Source: a bacterium
GTDB taxonomy: Bacteria > Patescibacteriota > Microgenomatia > UBA1400 > PJMF01
Length of the DNA stretch: 54,576 bases
Direction: 5' to 3'
Assembly (NCBI GenBank): GCA_027620445.1
Contig: JAQBYG010000004.1
Location: 1-54,576 of the forward strand
Of this stretch, positions 9,013-18,938 are shown one piece after another. Position numbers and translations under genes: made by a program. Below the pieces are notes generated by a model. That model saw nothing but the letters and a program-made list of their open reading frames with translations, ran no database searches and had not been told where the DNA came from. The stretch's first letter is position 1, and each line of letters begins with the position of its first letter.

Positions 9013-9942
9013 ATGCGAGTCTCAATCATCATCGTTTCATATAACACCAAGGACCTAACTCTTCAGGCGCTGCAATCACTCTTCAACTCTTTTTCGCCAG
9101 ATAGTAGTCTCAAGCACGCTGCAGAAATCATTGTGGTAGATAACAACTCATCAGATGGGAGTGATTCAGCTATCCAGAAGCTTGCCCAAACACTTACACT
9201 TCCCGTTCGTGTCATCAAAAATCCAAAAAATACCGGTTTTGCAGAGGCAAACAATCGAGCGATAACAGAGGCAAAGGGAGAGGTCATTGTCCTTCTCAAC
9301 TCCGACACCCTCACTCAGCCAGGCGCAATTGATCAGCTGTACAAAACACTCACAGATCCAGATAATGAACACCTCGGCATCCTGGCGGCAACCCTAAAAA
9401 ACCCTGACGGCTCACTACAACCGCAGGGCGGAGCCACCCCAAATCTCTGGACTCTGGCAAATCACTTACTCCTACTAGACGACATCCCAATACTTGGCAA
9501 ACTGCTACCCTCAACACAACACACTGGTCTGCGAGCTCAAGCTGCGACAAAAAAATTGCAGCCGCAAGGGTGGGTGGCGGCGACTGCTGTCGCAATCAAG
9601 CGAGCTGTCATCGAAGAAATTGGAATGCTTGATGAAAACATTTTCATGTATGGAGAAGATGTCGAATTGTGCCTGAGAGCAAACCACCACCATTGGCTGG
9701 TGGCAATAGAGCCAGAAGCTGAGGTAGTTCACCTACAAGCTGCCAGCTCAAACAAACAAAATGCGCTCCTAGGAGAACTACTCGGATACAAATATATCTG
9801 GGCCAAACACATGCCACTGTGGCAAAGACCGGTGATAAACCTCATTATCTCCCTGGGAGTTCGGCTCCGTTGGTGGATTTTTGCTACAATAGGCAGAACA
9901 GAGCAGGCGAGACTCTATCGTCATCTGTCGTCGAAAGTGTGA
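9013..9942 (+). CDS. glycosyltransferase family 2
   Basis: VSIIIVSYNT...VVDNNSSDGS...NTGFAEANNRAI...LLNSDT (DxD-type region). Confidence 0.85.
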   Translation: MRVSIIIVSYNTKDLTLQALQSLFNSFSPDSSLKHAAEIIVVDNNSSDGSDSAIQKLAQTLTLPVRVIKNPKNTGFAEANNRAITEAKGEVIVLLNSDTLTQPGAIDQLYKTLTDPDNEHLGILAATLKNPDGSLQPQGGATPNLWTLANHLLLLDDIPILGKLLPSTQHTGLRAQAATKKLQPQGWVAATAVAIKRAVIEEIGMLDENIFMYGEDVELCLRANHHHWLVAIEPEAEVVHLQAASSNKQNALLGELLGYKYIWAKHMPLWQRPVINLIISLGVRLRWWIFATIGRTEQARLYRHLSSKV

Positions 9943-9947
9943 TTTCT

Positions 9948-11609
9948 ATGCCTACTCCAAAAGTTGTGCTGCGTTGGATTGATAAAAATTTGTTGTTGTT
10001 ACTTGCGGGATTTTTGCTCGGCTTTATTCCGCTTTATCCCAAACTCCCACTGTTCGACCTCATCCCTGGCTATTTAGTACGCGTTCGGCTCGAGGATATT
10101 TTTATACTACTCACTGTCATTTTTTGGTTCATCCAGTTACTGAGAAAAAAAGTTACGCTCAGAATTCCATTAGCAAAGATAATGGGACTGTACCTTGTCG
10201 CTGGATTTCTTTCACTGGTGAGTGCTGTTTTTATCACTAAAACAGTACCGTTTGAACTACTCCATGTAGGAAAGTCTGCACTCCACTTTCTCAGGTACTT
10301 TGAATACTTTACGCTGTTTTTTATTGTGTTCTCAGCACTCAAAACTAAGCGAGATCTGAAAATACTACTCATCGTTAGCTTCGTCACACTCTTCGCCGTT
10401 TCTGCATATGGAGTAGGACAGCGCCACCTGTATTGGCCGGTCTACTCAACCATGAACAGGGAGTTTAGCAAAGGCTTGCGCCTCTATTTGACCCCGCACG
10501 CTCGAGTCCAATCTACCTTTGGCGGCCATTATGATCTCGGCGGGTACTTAGTGCTCATCCTCCCAATTGTTCTTGCAACCGCCTACAGTCTCGCGAAAAG
10601 GAGACAGCGTCTCGCACTGTTTAGCCTGTTTTATTTTGGGATATGGCTCATCACAGTCTCAGCATCGAGAACTTCGTTTGGCTCACTGATACTCGCAGTT
10701 TTTGTTGTACTGCTTTTTTTCGCACTGAAAGAAAAATCACTGCTCAAGAAAACAACCTGGTTCTTTCAACAAGCCGGGATACTTGCTATTTGCTGCGGAG
10801 TTATTTTAAGACTTTTTGGACAGGATATGTACGAACGACTTCTGCAGATTCTCGAAAGTAACACTGTTGCTTACTCGTGGTATCAAAATGTAGATAAACA
10901 CTTGGAATCATTTGTGGGTGATCAAATGGCAAAAATGCCAAACATCTTGCCACAGACCATGATTGAAAAACCTGAAAATGGTATCTCAACCGAAGAAGCA
11001 GCTGAAATGATCTCAGTACTCGTGCCATCTGACGCACGGCCGTCTCCAGAGCGTCCCAGCGACGTCTATGTCAATGTTCCAGACAGGAAACTCGTAGCCA
11101 CGACCTCAGCCGAAGGTGTCACAACCATGGTACTAGTGGAAGTTGAGCGAACGTACTCGCAAAACGCGCTCGAGCGCGGCCTTTCAGTCGCGATTCGACT
11201 TGATACACTCTGGCCTCAGGCCATTGCAGGCTTTTACAAAAACCCCGTACTTGGTTCTGGGTATGCCACACTGACCAAAGAAACCGTGCAACAATTTACC
11301 GAAGCAGAAAGTACTGACAATAATTATTTACGCTCACTCGGAGAAACAGGTCTAGCGGGCTTTATCACCTTTTATGGCTGTATTCTGACCGCACTGACCC
11401 TCAGCGCGCGCACGCTACGCAAAAAGAGTAGTAGGAAGCTGTCTCCGTATGAGACAGCAGCACTCATTGGAGTTATTGCGGGCACACTGGGACTTTTGGT
11501 AAACGCCACATATATTGATGTCTTCGTGGCTTCAAAGATTGCGCTGCTCTATTGGGGTTATACCGGTATGGCCATGGCAATCTACTTCTGGCACAAAAAT
11601 GAAACATAA
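9948..11609 (+). CDS. O-antigen ligase / Wzy_C-like polytopic membrane protein with a large extracytoplasmic loop
   Basis: About 10 or more TM segments. Has the Wzy_C-like segment TVSASRTSFGSLILAVFVV and a hydrophilic insert of about 130 aa. ATG 9948 is in frame, 5 nt after the GT2 stop. The track start at 9819 would overlap the GT2 by 124 nt. Confidence 0.6.
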   Translation: MPTPKVVLRWIDKNLLLLLAGFLLGFIPLYPKLPLFDLIPGYLVRVRLEDIFILLTVIFWFIQLLRKKVTLRIPLAKIMGLYLVAGFLSLVSAVFITKTVPFELLHVGKSALHFLRYFEYFTLFFIVFSALKTKRDLKILLIVSFVTLFAVSAYGVGQRHLYWPVYSTMNREFSKGLRLYLTPHARVQSTFGGHYDLGGYLVLILPIVLATAYSLAKRRQRLALFSLFYFGIWLITVSASRTSFGSLILAVFVVLLFFALKEKSLLKKTTWFFQQAGILAICCGVILRLFGQDMYERLLQILESNTVAYSWYQNVDKHLESFVGDQMAKMPNILPQTMIEKPENGISTEEAAEMISVLVPSDARPSPERPSDVYVNVPDRKLVATTSAEGVTTMVLVEVERTYSQNALERGLSVAIRLDTLWPQAIAGFYKNPVLGSGYATLTKETVQQFTEAESTDNNYLRSLGETGLAGFITFYGCILTALTLSARTLRKKSSRKLSPYETAALIGVIAGTLGLLVNATYIDVFVASKIALLYWGYTGMAMAIYFWHKNET

Positions 11610-13020
11610 CAAGTTGCTACTTTCCATTGTCGTCCTGGCACTTTGCCTCAGGCTGTTTTATATCAGCGACCCCATCTTAGAGTGGCATAGCTTTCGTCAA
11701 GCGGATACAGCTTCAGTAACCTATGAGTATGTGCTAAATGGCATTGATCTTTTACATCCTCGCTATCACGATCTTTCTAACATTGCATCTGGCAAGGATA
11801 ATCTCGAAGGCTACCGCATGGTTGAGTTTCCCTGGATTCATGCAGTGATTGCATGGCTACTTCGCACGATTCCACAACTCTCGCTTGTTGTAGTCAGTCG
11901 CTTGTTTACCGTTGTTTTTTCACTCAGTACGTTGGTGAGCATCTACTTTTTCACAAAACTATTTTCTGGCAAAACTACCGCAATTCTCGCGGCCACGACA
12001 TTCGCCGTTCTGCCTTACTCAGTATTTTATAGTCGAGTTATTTTGCCAGATCCAGTTATGCTGGCGCTCAGCACGGCATCGGTTACGTTTTTTGCGTATT
12101 GGTTAGAAAAAAAGCGGTGGTGGCAGTATGCCGCGAGTTTTGTGCTGCTTGGTCTGGCAGCAGTAACCAAGCCATTTGCTCTTTTTTTGGCGCCGGTGTA
12201 TGCGGCTCTTCTGCTTACCGTCTTTATTGCAAAAAAACTCAAAGCGAGTCAGGTAGTGTGGAGTCTAGTACTCCCAGCGAGTCTCATTCCACTGTGGTTA
12301 TGGAGAGATTGGATTACCCAATTTCCTTCCGGCATTCCTGCATCCGACTGGCTCTACAACGGGATGATCAACGGTAAGGCACCGCGGTTTCAGCCAGTTT
12401 GGTTTCGCTGGCTCGCCTACGAGCGTTTGATCAAATTGATTCTCGGCTACTTCGGCACCATTTTTTTTCTCCCCATCGTATTGCACTGGAAAAAACTGCA
12501 GACAAAGGAAGTGCTGGTCTATGGGAGCTGGTGGGTAAGTATTGCTGCTTACTTCACAGTAATTGCCCGCGGGAACATCCAGCACGACTACTATCAAATT
12601 CTGGCCTTACCTATTATCTGTATCACTATTGCAAAAGGCGCTGTTCTTTTGAGTACGAAAGTACCAAAAGTAGTTGTGATCGGCATCTACGCCCTCATGG
12701 TAATTCTTTCTTTTACTCAAGTGAAAGAGTACTACAAAATAAACCACTGGGAGTACCAGAGACTTGGACAACGCGCGCAGGATCTCATTCCTCCAGATTC
12801 GCTCGTGATTGCAACCGCCTTTGGAGATACCTCATTTCTATTTCAAACCAAGCGACGTGGCTGGCCCATCGGATTCGAAATCGAGAAAAAAAGAGCGCTT
12901 GGCGCACAGTACTACATCACAACCAGCTATGATGATGAAGCCAGAATGCTCGAAACGCAGTACGAAACTGTAGAAAAGACCGCAGAGCACCTGATTTTTA
13001 ATCTGCAAAAACCACTATGA
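11599..13020 (+). CDS. GT-C fold membrane glycosyltransferase, family 39 / ArnT-like (second copy)
   Basis: Polytopic protein with an early loop motif (EWHSFRQADTASV). The hydrophobic architecture resembles the 2560 gene. I prefer the ATG 11599 start (MKHNKLLL). Confidence 0.6.
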   Translation: MKHNKLLLSIVVLALCLRLFYISDPILEWHSFRQADTASVTYEYVLNGIDLLHPRYHDLSNIASGKDNLEGYRMVEFPWIHAVIAWLLRTIPQLSLVVVSRLFTVVFSLSTLVSIYFFTKLFSGKTTAILAATTFAVLPYSVFYSRVILPDPVMLALSTASVTFFAYWLEKKRWWQYAASFVLLGLAAVTKPFALFLAPVYAALLLTVFIAKKLKASQVVWSLVLPASLIPLWLWRDWITQFPSGIPASDWLYNGMINGKAPRFQPVWFRWLAYERLIKLILGYFGTIFFLPIVLHWKKLQTKEVLVYGSWWVSIAAYFTVIARGNIQHDYYQILALPIICITIAKGAVLLSTKVPKVVVIGIYALMVILSFTQVKEYYKINHWEYQRLGQRAQDLIPPDSLVIATAFGDTSFLFQTKRRGWPIGFEIEKKRALGAQYYITTSYDDEARMLETQYETVEKTAEHLIFNLQKPL

Positions 13021-14231
13021 AAATCCTCATGCTCACGCCGTACCTGCCGTATCCGCTTTTATCGGGTGGACAAATTCGTACGTACAACTTACTCAAACAA
13101 CTCTCAGAAAAGCACCAGGTTACCCTTTTCTCTCTCATCAAAGACAACGAGGAAACGAAGTACATCCCCGAGTTATTAAAGTACTGTGCCGACGTTCGTG
13201 TTTTTCGACGATCAAAAACACCGTTCACCATACGTAATATTGCCAAAACAGCCATTTCTTCCTATCCGTTTCTCGTGATCCGCAACTATGTTTCAGAGGT
13301 CACAACAGCGATCGAGCAAGAACTACAACGAACGAAATTTGATTTACTCCACGCCGAAACTTTTTACATGATGCCTCATTTGCCCAAGACGAAGACGCCA
13401 ACCATTCTGGTTGAGCAAACAATTGAGTACCTCGGCTACGAAAGCTATGCCAAACAAGCCACACCGCTCATTCGACCACTGCTCAATCTGGATATCAAAA
13501 AAATTAAACGCTGGGAGTCGTACTACTGGAATCAGGCTGATCAACTTATTGTTATGAGCGAACAAGACAAAGAGTTTATTGAGCAAACGACAAAACGAAG
13601 GAGCGCGCAAAATGACATCGCGGTTGTTGCCAACGGGGTCGATTCTCAATGGTTCAGTGAAAAACCTAAAGTGTCTCACAAAGATCCGACAGTACTGTTC
13701 GTCGGCACTTTTAAATGGCTACCAAATAGAGAAGCCGTGCGCTATCTGGTCAACAACATTTGGCCACAAATCCTAGAACAGTTGCCGAAGGCAAAACTAC
13801 ACATCGTTGGCAACGCACCAACAAAAGAAATTCACAACTTCGAAAATGATCACCCCAGTATTGTTGTCAAAGGCAGAGTAGAAGATATCCGTGACGCTTT
13901 TGCTGTGGCCGATGTCCTGGTCGCCCCAGTATTCAGCGGTAAGGGCACACGCTACAAAGTCCTCGAGGCCATGGCGTCTGGCACGCCACTCGTCGCCACG
14001 CCCACAGCCGTCGAGGGTTTGCATATTACAGAAAACACGCACGCACTGATTGGAAAAACGAGCGGCGAACTAGCTGAACAAACAATTCGACTGCTTAAAT
14101 CCAAAGAGCTGAGACAAAAACTCTCTCAAGCCAGTAAAGAATTTGTACAAAAAAAGTATGATTGGCAGAGCATCTCGTCGCAGCTTGATATAATTTACCG
14201 ACGAATCGGAGCTAAAAATGAAACCAAGTAA
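13017..14231 (+). CDS. glycosyltransferase family 4
   Basis: N-terminal MKILMLTPYLPYPLLSGGQIR and C-terminal GKGTRYKVLEAMASGTPLVAT. Confidence 0.85.
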   Translation: MKILMLTPYLPYPLLSGGQIRTYNLLKQLSEKHQVTLFSLIKDNEETKYIPELLKYCADVRVFRRSKTPFTIRNIAKTAISSYPFLVIRNYVSEVTTAIEQELQRTKFDLLHAETFYMMPHLPKTKTPTILVEQTIEYLGYESYAKQATPLIRPLLNLDIKKIKRWESYYWNQADQLIVMSEQDKEFIEQTTKRRSAQNDIAVVANGVDSQWFSEKPKVSHKDPTVLFVGTFKWLPNREAVRYLVNNIWPQILEQLPKAKLHIVGNAPTKEIHNFENDHPSIVVKGRVEDIRDAFAVADVLVAPVFSGKGTRYKVLEAMASGTPLVATPTAVEGLHITENTHALIGKTSGELAEQTIRLLKSKELRQKLSQASKEFVQKKYDWQSISSQLDIIYRRIGAKNETK

Positions 14232-15096
14232 GCCAGATTTGGAGTTGATCTTCCTGAATTTCAACAGTGACTTTTGGATAGAAAAAGCACTCGTATCACT
14301 CCAGAATCACTATCTAAAAAAAACAAGATTGCAGGTGAGTGTTACTGTTGTAGATAATGCAAGCAGTGATAACTCACTAGCAACTGTTCGGGCTTGTTGT
14401 CCCAAAGCAAAAATTATTCAGCTCGATAAGAACAAGGGATTCGCAGAAGCCAACAACCAGGCTCTCAAACAAACAGAAGCTCGCTACACCATGCTTCTCA
14501 ACTCTGATGTTGAGCTGACTCCAAAATCAAACTTTGATGAGTTGGTAAGCTACATGGACTCTCACTCAAAAGTTGGGATCATCACTCCAGCCCTCACTTT
14601 TTTTTCTGGCAAGCTAGACCCTGCCTCGCATAGGGGGGAGCCAACTCTCTGGGCCTCATTTGCTTACTTCGCTCGACTAGAGCAACTCTTTCCAAACTCA
14701 GTCAAATTTGGACAGTACCACCTCACACATAAAAACCTAGATGAGATTCACGAAATCGATGCTTGTTCGGGAGCAGCATTGCTGTCACGCACTTCACTAT
14801 ATAAAAAAGTTGGCTTGCTAGATGAACAGTTTTTTATGTATGCAGAGGACCTTGATTGGTGCAAGCGATTCCGCGAAGCGGGTTACAAAGTGTTCTTTCA
14901 CCCAGGTGTAACGCTCATCCATCACAAGTATAAATCTGGCATCAAACAAACCTCTCAGAGTATTGCCCAAAAAACACAAGTTCACTTCTATAACACCATG
15001 CTACAATATTACGATAAACACTATGCCAAAAGGTATCCAACTGTGGTACGCTGGCTACTTAAGTATTTTCTCGCTCTAAAGAAAGGCGGACTATGA
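14218..15096 (+). CDS. glycosyltransferase family 2
   Basis: VVDNASSDNS...NKGFAEANNQAL...LLNSDVE, plus the later MYAEDLDWCKR motif. Confidence 0.85.
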   Translation: MKPSKPDLELIFLNFNSDFWIEKALVSLQNHYLKKTRLQVSVTVVDNASSDNSLATVRACCPKAKIIQLDKNKGFAEANNQALKQTEARYTMLLNSDVELTPKSNFDELVSYMDSHSKVGIITPALTFFSGKLDPASHRGEPTLWASFAYFARLEQLFPNSVKFGQYHLTHKNLDEIHEIDACSGAALLSRTSLYKKVGLLDEQFFMYAEDLDWCKRFREAGYKVFFHPGVTLIHHKYKSGIKQTSQSIAQKTQVHFYNTMLQYYDKHYAKRYPTVVRWLLKYFLALKKGGL

Positions 15097-15533
15097 ACAG
15101 TAATACACTGCAATTTAGGATTCAAAACCTGAGAAGCACATCAATGCAACGCACAATGGAAGGGCTCTTCACGGTTGTGGCAAGTCTTTTTGTAACAGCA
15201 CTCTTGCCCTCACTTCTTATCAAGTACTTCTATGCAAATGCTCAATTGTTTGAGCAACCAAAGTTGCTTGAATACATTCCGGTTGCTACATTTGCAATCT
15301 CAGCTGTGTACATCGTGTTTGTCATATTTGGTAACATAGTCCGCGGCTCAAAAATTCGTCAAGCAGAGGCTGAGCTTGCAATTGCAGACTCTATCTCTTC
15401 CAACGATATGGGCACAACACAAGAAGAGCTCGCTGAGCTCGAAAAGATTGTTGATTCAGCTTTGGCAAAACCAAAGAAGTCTACCCGCGCTAGTGCAACA
15501 AAAACAACCGCAAGAAAAAAGAGCGCTAAGTAA
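15093..15533 (+). CDS. hypothetical two-TM membrane protein with a basic C-terminal tail
   Basis: 146-aa ORF that exactly fills the gap between two GT genes. Two hydrophobic helices. C-terminal tail KPKKSTRASATKTTARKKSAK. Confidence 0.45.
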   Translation: MNSNTLQFRIQNLRSTSMQRTMEGLFTVVASLFVTALLPSLLIKYFYANAQLFEQPKLLEYIPVATFAISAVYIVFVIFGNIVRGSKIRQAEAELAIADSISSNDMGTTQEELAELEKIVDSALAKPKKSTRASATKTTARKKSAK

Positions 15534-15537
15534 TAGC

Positions 15538-16635
15538 GTGAAAAAAATTGGAATCGATTGCCGGCTGGCTGGTCTCAGTCATGCCGGCATTGGTCGATAT
15601 ATCTCTAGTTTTGTTCCAAGGGTGCTAAAACTTCTGGATTCTGAAACAGAGATAGTACTGTTTTGCTCCACAAATCAACAAGCACGAGAACTCTATCCAA
15701 CCAAACTCGCAAACGTCAAAATTGTTATTGCACCCTACAAGCACTACTCACTCTCTGAACAAACTGCATTCCTCACTCTCCTAAACAAGGAGAAGTTAGA
15801 CCTTCTACACGTCCCACACTTTAACGTACCCATTTTTTATTCCAGACGATTCGTTGTTACCATTCATGACTTACTTTGGCACAAACAACGAGGGCTGCAA
15901 GTTACAACACTCAACCCAGTTTTGTATTGGCTAAAGTACTTTTTTTACAAACAAGTGGTCTCGCAAGCAGTCAGAAAAGCACTGGCAATCCTTGTGCCGT
16001 CACAAACTATTGCCGACGAACTGAGTGCTGTTTACCCTGCAACTCAAAAGAAAGCGATCGTCACGTACGAAGGTGTGGAGCACTCGCTGCTTAACTCAAC
16101 CCATCTAAAACAAACGAAAAAATCAAATCATCTTTTGTATGTTGGCTCATTGTATCCACATAAAAATATTTCTCTGGTACTACAGTTTTTACAGCTACAT
16201 CCCGATGTACAGCTAGCTATTGTCACCGCCCGATCTGCGTTTGTAGAACGAGTACAAAAGCAAGTTGCAAAACTACAACTAAAGAAACAAGTTTCATTCT
16301 TTTTGTCGATAGAGGATAAAGAACTTGCGACTCACTACAGAAGGGTGACGGCAGTAATCCAACCATCATTTTCCGAAGGCTTTGGTCTTACCGGCCTAGA
16401 AGCATTGTTGTTGCAAACCCCGGTGCTCGCGTCCGACATTCCCATTTTCCACGAAATTTATCAGGAGAACGCAACATACTTTGACCCACACGATGTCTCG
16501 TCATTAGAGCAAGCTTGGCAGAAAATAAAAGATCGACCACAGCAGCAACCACTCTCTAAAGCTTTTATCAATCGCTACAACTGGGATACACTTGCCAAAC
16601 AAACTTGTAATGTCTACCAAACAGCCCTCAGCTAA
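15538..16635 (+). CDS. glycosyltransferase family 4
   Basis: VKKIGIDCRL...; SFSEGFGLTGLEALLLQTPVLASD. I chose the GTG 15538 start because the track ORF (15376) overlaps the preceding gene. Confidence 0.8.
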   Translation: MKKIGIDCRLAGLSHAGIGRYISSFVPRVLKLLDSETEIVLFCSTNQQARELYPTKLANVKIVIAPYKHYSLSEQTAFLTLLNKEKLDLLHVPHFNVPIFYSRRFVVTIHDLLWHKQRGLQVTTLNPVLYWLKYFFYKQVVSQAVRKALAILVPSQTIADELSAVYPATQKKAIVTYEGVEHSLLNSTHLKQTKKSNHLLYVGSLYPHKNISLVLQFLQLHPDVQLAIVTARSAFVERVQKQVAKLQLKKQVSFFLSIEDKELATHYRRVTAVIQPSFSEGFGLTGLEALLLQTPVLASDIPIFHEIYQENATYFDPHDVSSLEQAWQKIKDRPQQQPLSKAFINRYNWDTLAKQTCNVYQTALS

Positions 16636-17839
16636 ACCGAGCATCTGCCTCGTCTACGACAGGGTTACAACCAGGTATGGAGGAGCAGAGTACTTATTAC
16701 AACAGTTACTGCAAATCTTTCCTGACTCACCCCTGTACACCATTTTTTACAATCCAAATGCAGCAACCTGGGTAGAGAAAAAACGGGTTCGAGCAGTAAT
16801 AACCATGCCTGGAGCATTTACGGACATTTTGCAAAAGTTGTCGACCCCTATACTTCCGCTCGCGTTCGAGTCCCTTGACTTGAGCAGCTACGACATAGTG
16901 ATTTCTGTCAGTAGTGCTGAGGCAAAAGGCGTGCTCACCAGGCCAAATCAACTACATATAAACTACCTCTTTAGTTCACCAAAATACTTGAGTAAATCGA
17001 GTGAGAAGTATCTTCGCTCCCATGCAGTGTTCAAAATTCCTGGCACATTTTGGCTTGCCAGATTTCTTTTCAAATACCTTTCTTGGTGGGATCAAGCAGC
17101 GGCAGCTCGACCAGATTATATTATTCCCCTTTCCAAGATGATCTACTCACAACTGACAGGAAGCTATGCCAGAAATCTTCTAGAACCTATCTATCCTCCA
17201 GTAGAGATTCCCACGCAATTGATCCCTCACAAGCTCACAAAAAAACCATTCTTTCTTTCACTCTCTCGTTTGGTTTGGTATAAGCGCGTCGATCTCGCCA
17301 TTGCAGCAGCAGTGAAAACGAATTCTGTCCTCGTAGTCGCAGGAACTGGCACGATGCAGTCACAACTACATAAACAGGCTGCTAAACATGGGTATATTCG
17401 AAAGAAAAAGCAATCGATTGCAACCGCTCTCACAGAAGCCGAAAATGAGCGCAAGTTACTTATTTTTCTCAATGCAGTGACAGATCAAGAAAAAGCGAGC
17501 CTACTTGCCAGTGCTCAAGCAACCATTCAAATGGGCAAAGAGGATTTTGGTATCGTCGCAGTTGAAAGTCTAGCCCACGGCACCCCGGTTATTTTGTACT
17601 CAAAATCTGGGGCTGCTGAGGTTGTCAGAAATGGGCGAGACGGCTTAGTACTTCCAACACAATCTATACAGGCGCTTGCTGTGGCGATTTCTAAGATACG
17701 TCAGGTGCAGTTTTCTCGTTCAGACTTGAGAGAACAAGCTGTAAAAGTCTCTGCAAAGCAGTTCCAAAAAGCCATCCAAACAATAGTGTATGATGTATGG
17801 AAATCTCATACTAGAGGAGTAAAAACCTATGCCACATAA
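16610..17839 (+). CDS. glycosyltransferase family 4
   Basis: ICLVYDRVTTRYGGAEY at the N-terminus. GKEDFGIVAVESLAHGTPVI (E-x7-E). Confidence 0.75.
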   Translation: MSTKQPSAKPSICLVYDRVTTRYGGAEYLLQQLLQIFPDSPLYTIFYNPNAATWVEKKRVRAVITMPGAFTDILQKLSTPILPLAFESLDLSSYDIVISVSSAEAKGVLTRPNQLHINYLFSSPKYLSKSSEKYLRSHAVFKIPGTFWLARFLFKYLSWWDQAAAARPDYIIPLSKMIYSQLTGSYARNLLEPIYPPVEIPTQLIPHKLTKKPFFLSLSRLVWYKRVDLAIAAAVKTNSVLVVAGTGTMQSQLHKQAAKHGYIRKKKQSIATALTEAENERKLLIFLNAVTDQEKASLLASAQATIQMGKEDFGIVAVESLAHGTPVILYSKSGAAEVVRNGRDGLVLPTQSIQALAVAISKIRQVQFSRSDLREQAVKVSAKQFQKAIQTIVYDVWKSHTRGVKTYAT

Positions 17840-18932
17840 CGAACACGTATACGCTGTCTTGCTCGCTGGTGGCGGTGGCACACGGCTTTGGCCAAAATCG
17901 AGAGGTCAGACACCTAAACAATTTCTCAAGCTGTTTGGCGACGAAACAATGCTGCAGTACTCAGTCAGAAGAATCACCAAGCTTGTTCCATGGGAAAAAA
18001 TAATTGTGGTCACAAACACACTGTACCAAGATGAGGTACAGAAACAACTACCAGAGATCCCTAAACGAAATATCATTGCAGAGCCAGAAAAAAAGGAAAC
18101 CGCGCTCGCTATGTTGGTTGGTGCACTGTACGCGAGATCACTCGACAAGGACGCTATCATCATCAACTCAGCCTCTGACCATGTAGTAAGCGACGAGTCA
18201 GAATTTGTCAGAGTCATGCGAGCAGCAGTCCAAGTGGCTGCCAAAAATGAGTCGATGGTTTCAGTTGGCATTACCCCAACACATCCGGCTACAGGCTTTG
18301 GGTACATCAAAATTGGCAATGATATCAAAAAACTAGATAAAGGACTTTCGCTGTTTGCAGTAGACAGCTTTACCGAAAAACCAAACGAGGCAACCGCACG
18401 AGCTTTTATCTCTACCGGAAGATACTTCTGGAATGCAAACATGTATGTTTGGTCTGCAACTGTACTTATCGACGCCTTTGCTAAACACATGCCCGAAATG
18501 CTACAGCTAACTAAACCTCTGTTGTCAGCAAAAGGCGACGCTTTCATAAAACAGCTTCCTGCAATTTACGCAAAAGCAGAGTCGATTTCAATTGACTACT
18601 CCATTTCTGAAAAAGCCGATAATTTGGCCTTGATTCCAGGAGATTTTGGCTGGAATGACGTCGGTGATTGGAAAGTGGTGTACGATCTCGAAACAAAAGA
18701 CTTGTCTGGCAATGTAGTTCTCAGCGAGTCAGATAAAGCCCACGTACTCTCGATAGGGTCTGCAAATAACCTAGTTCACGCAAATGGTCGACTGATTGCT
18801 TTGGTTGGCATTCAAGACATGATCATCATTGATACAAACGAGATTCTTATGTTGATCCCAAAAAGCAAGAGTCAGGACGTAAAGAAAATTGTCGAGCGCC
18901 TAAAAGAGGAAAAACAAGTAGAATACCTCTAA
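17829..18932 (+). CDS. manC: mannose-1-phosphate guanylyltransferase (nucleotidyltransferase domain only, no C-terminal isomerase)
   Basis: VLLAGGGGTRLWPKSR signature and GYIK. Length 367 aa. One of the few genes with an SD-like GAGGAG (17814-17819), 9 nt upstream. Confidence 0.85.
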   Translation: MPHNEHVYAVLLAGGGGTRLWPKSRGQTPKQFLKLFGDETMLQYSVRRITKLVPWEKIIVVTNTLYQDEVQKQLPEIPKRNIIAEPEKKETALAMLVGALYARSLDKDAIIINSASDHVVSDESEFVRVMRAAVQVAAKNESMVSVGITPTHPATGFGYIKIGNDIKKLDKGLSLFAVDSFTEKPNEATARAFISTGRYFWNANMYVWSATVLIDAFAKHMPEMLQLTKPLLSAKGDAFIKQLPAIYAKAESISIDYSISEKADNLALIPGDFGWNDVGDWKVVYDLETKDLSGNVVLSESDKAHVLSIGSANNLVHANGRLIALVGIQDMIIIDTNEILMLIPKSKSQDVKKIVERLKEEKQVEYL

Positions 18933-18938
18933 TCACTC

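Noticed and set aside
12399-12932. 177-aa + strand ORF in an alternative frame inside the second GT39 gene.
   Set aside because: It is fully embedded in a polytopic membrane-protein gene. Its product is Arg/Ser/Leu/His-rich with no motif, so it is a frame artefact.
17906-18547. 213-aa minus-strand ORF antisense to manC. Similar antisense ORFs lie at 34231-34773 (opposite mraY), 22744-23208 and 23311-23898 (opposite glyQS and the following gene), and 38516-38911 (opposite ftsA).
   Set aside because: All are nested opposite confidently identified genes, have no recognisable motifs, and have skewed low-complexity composition. They are shadow ORFs.
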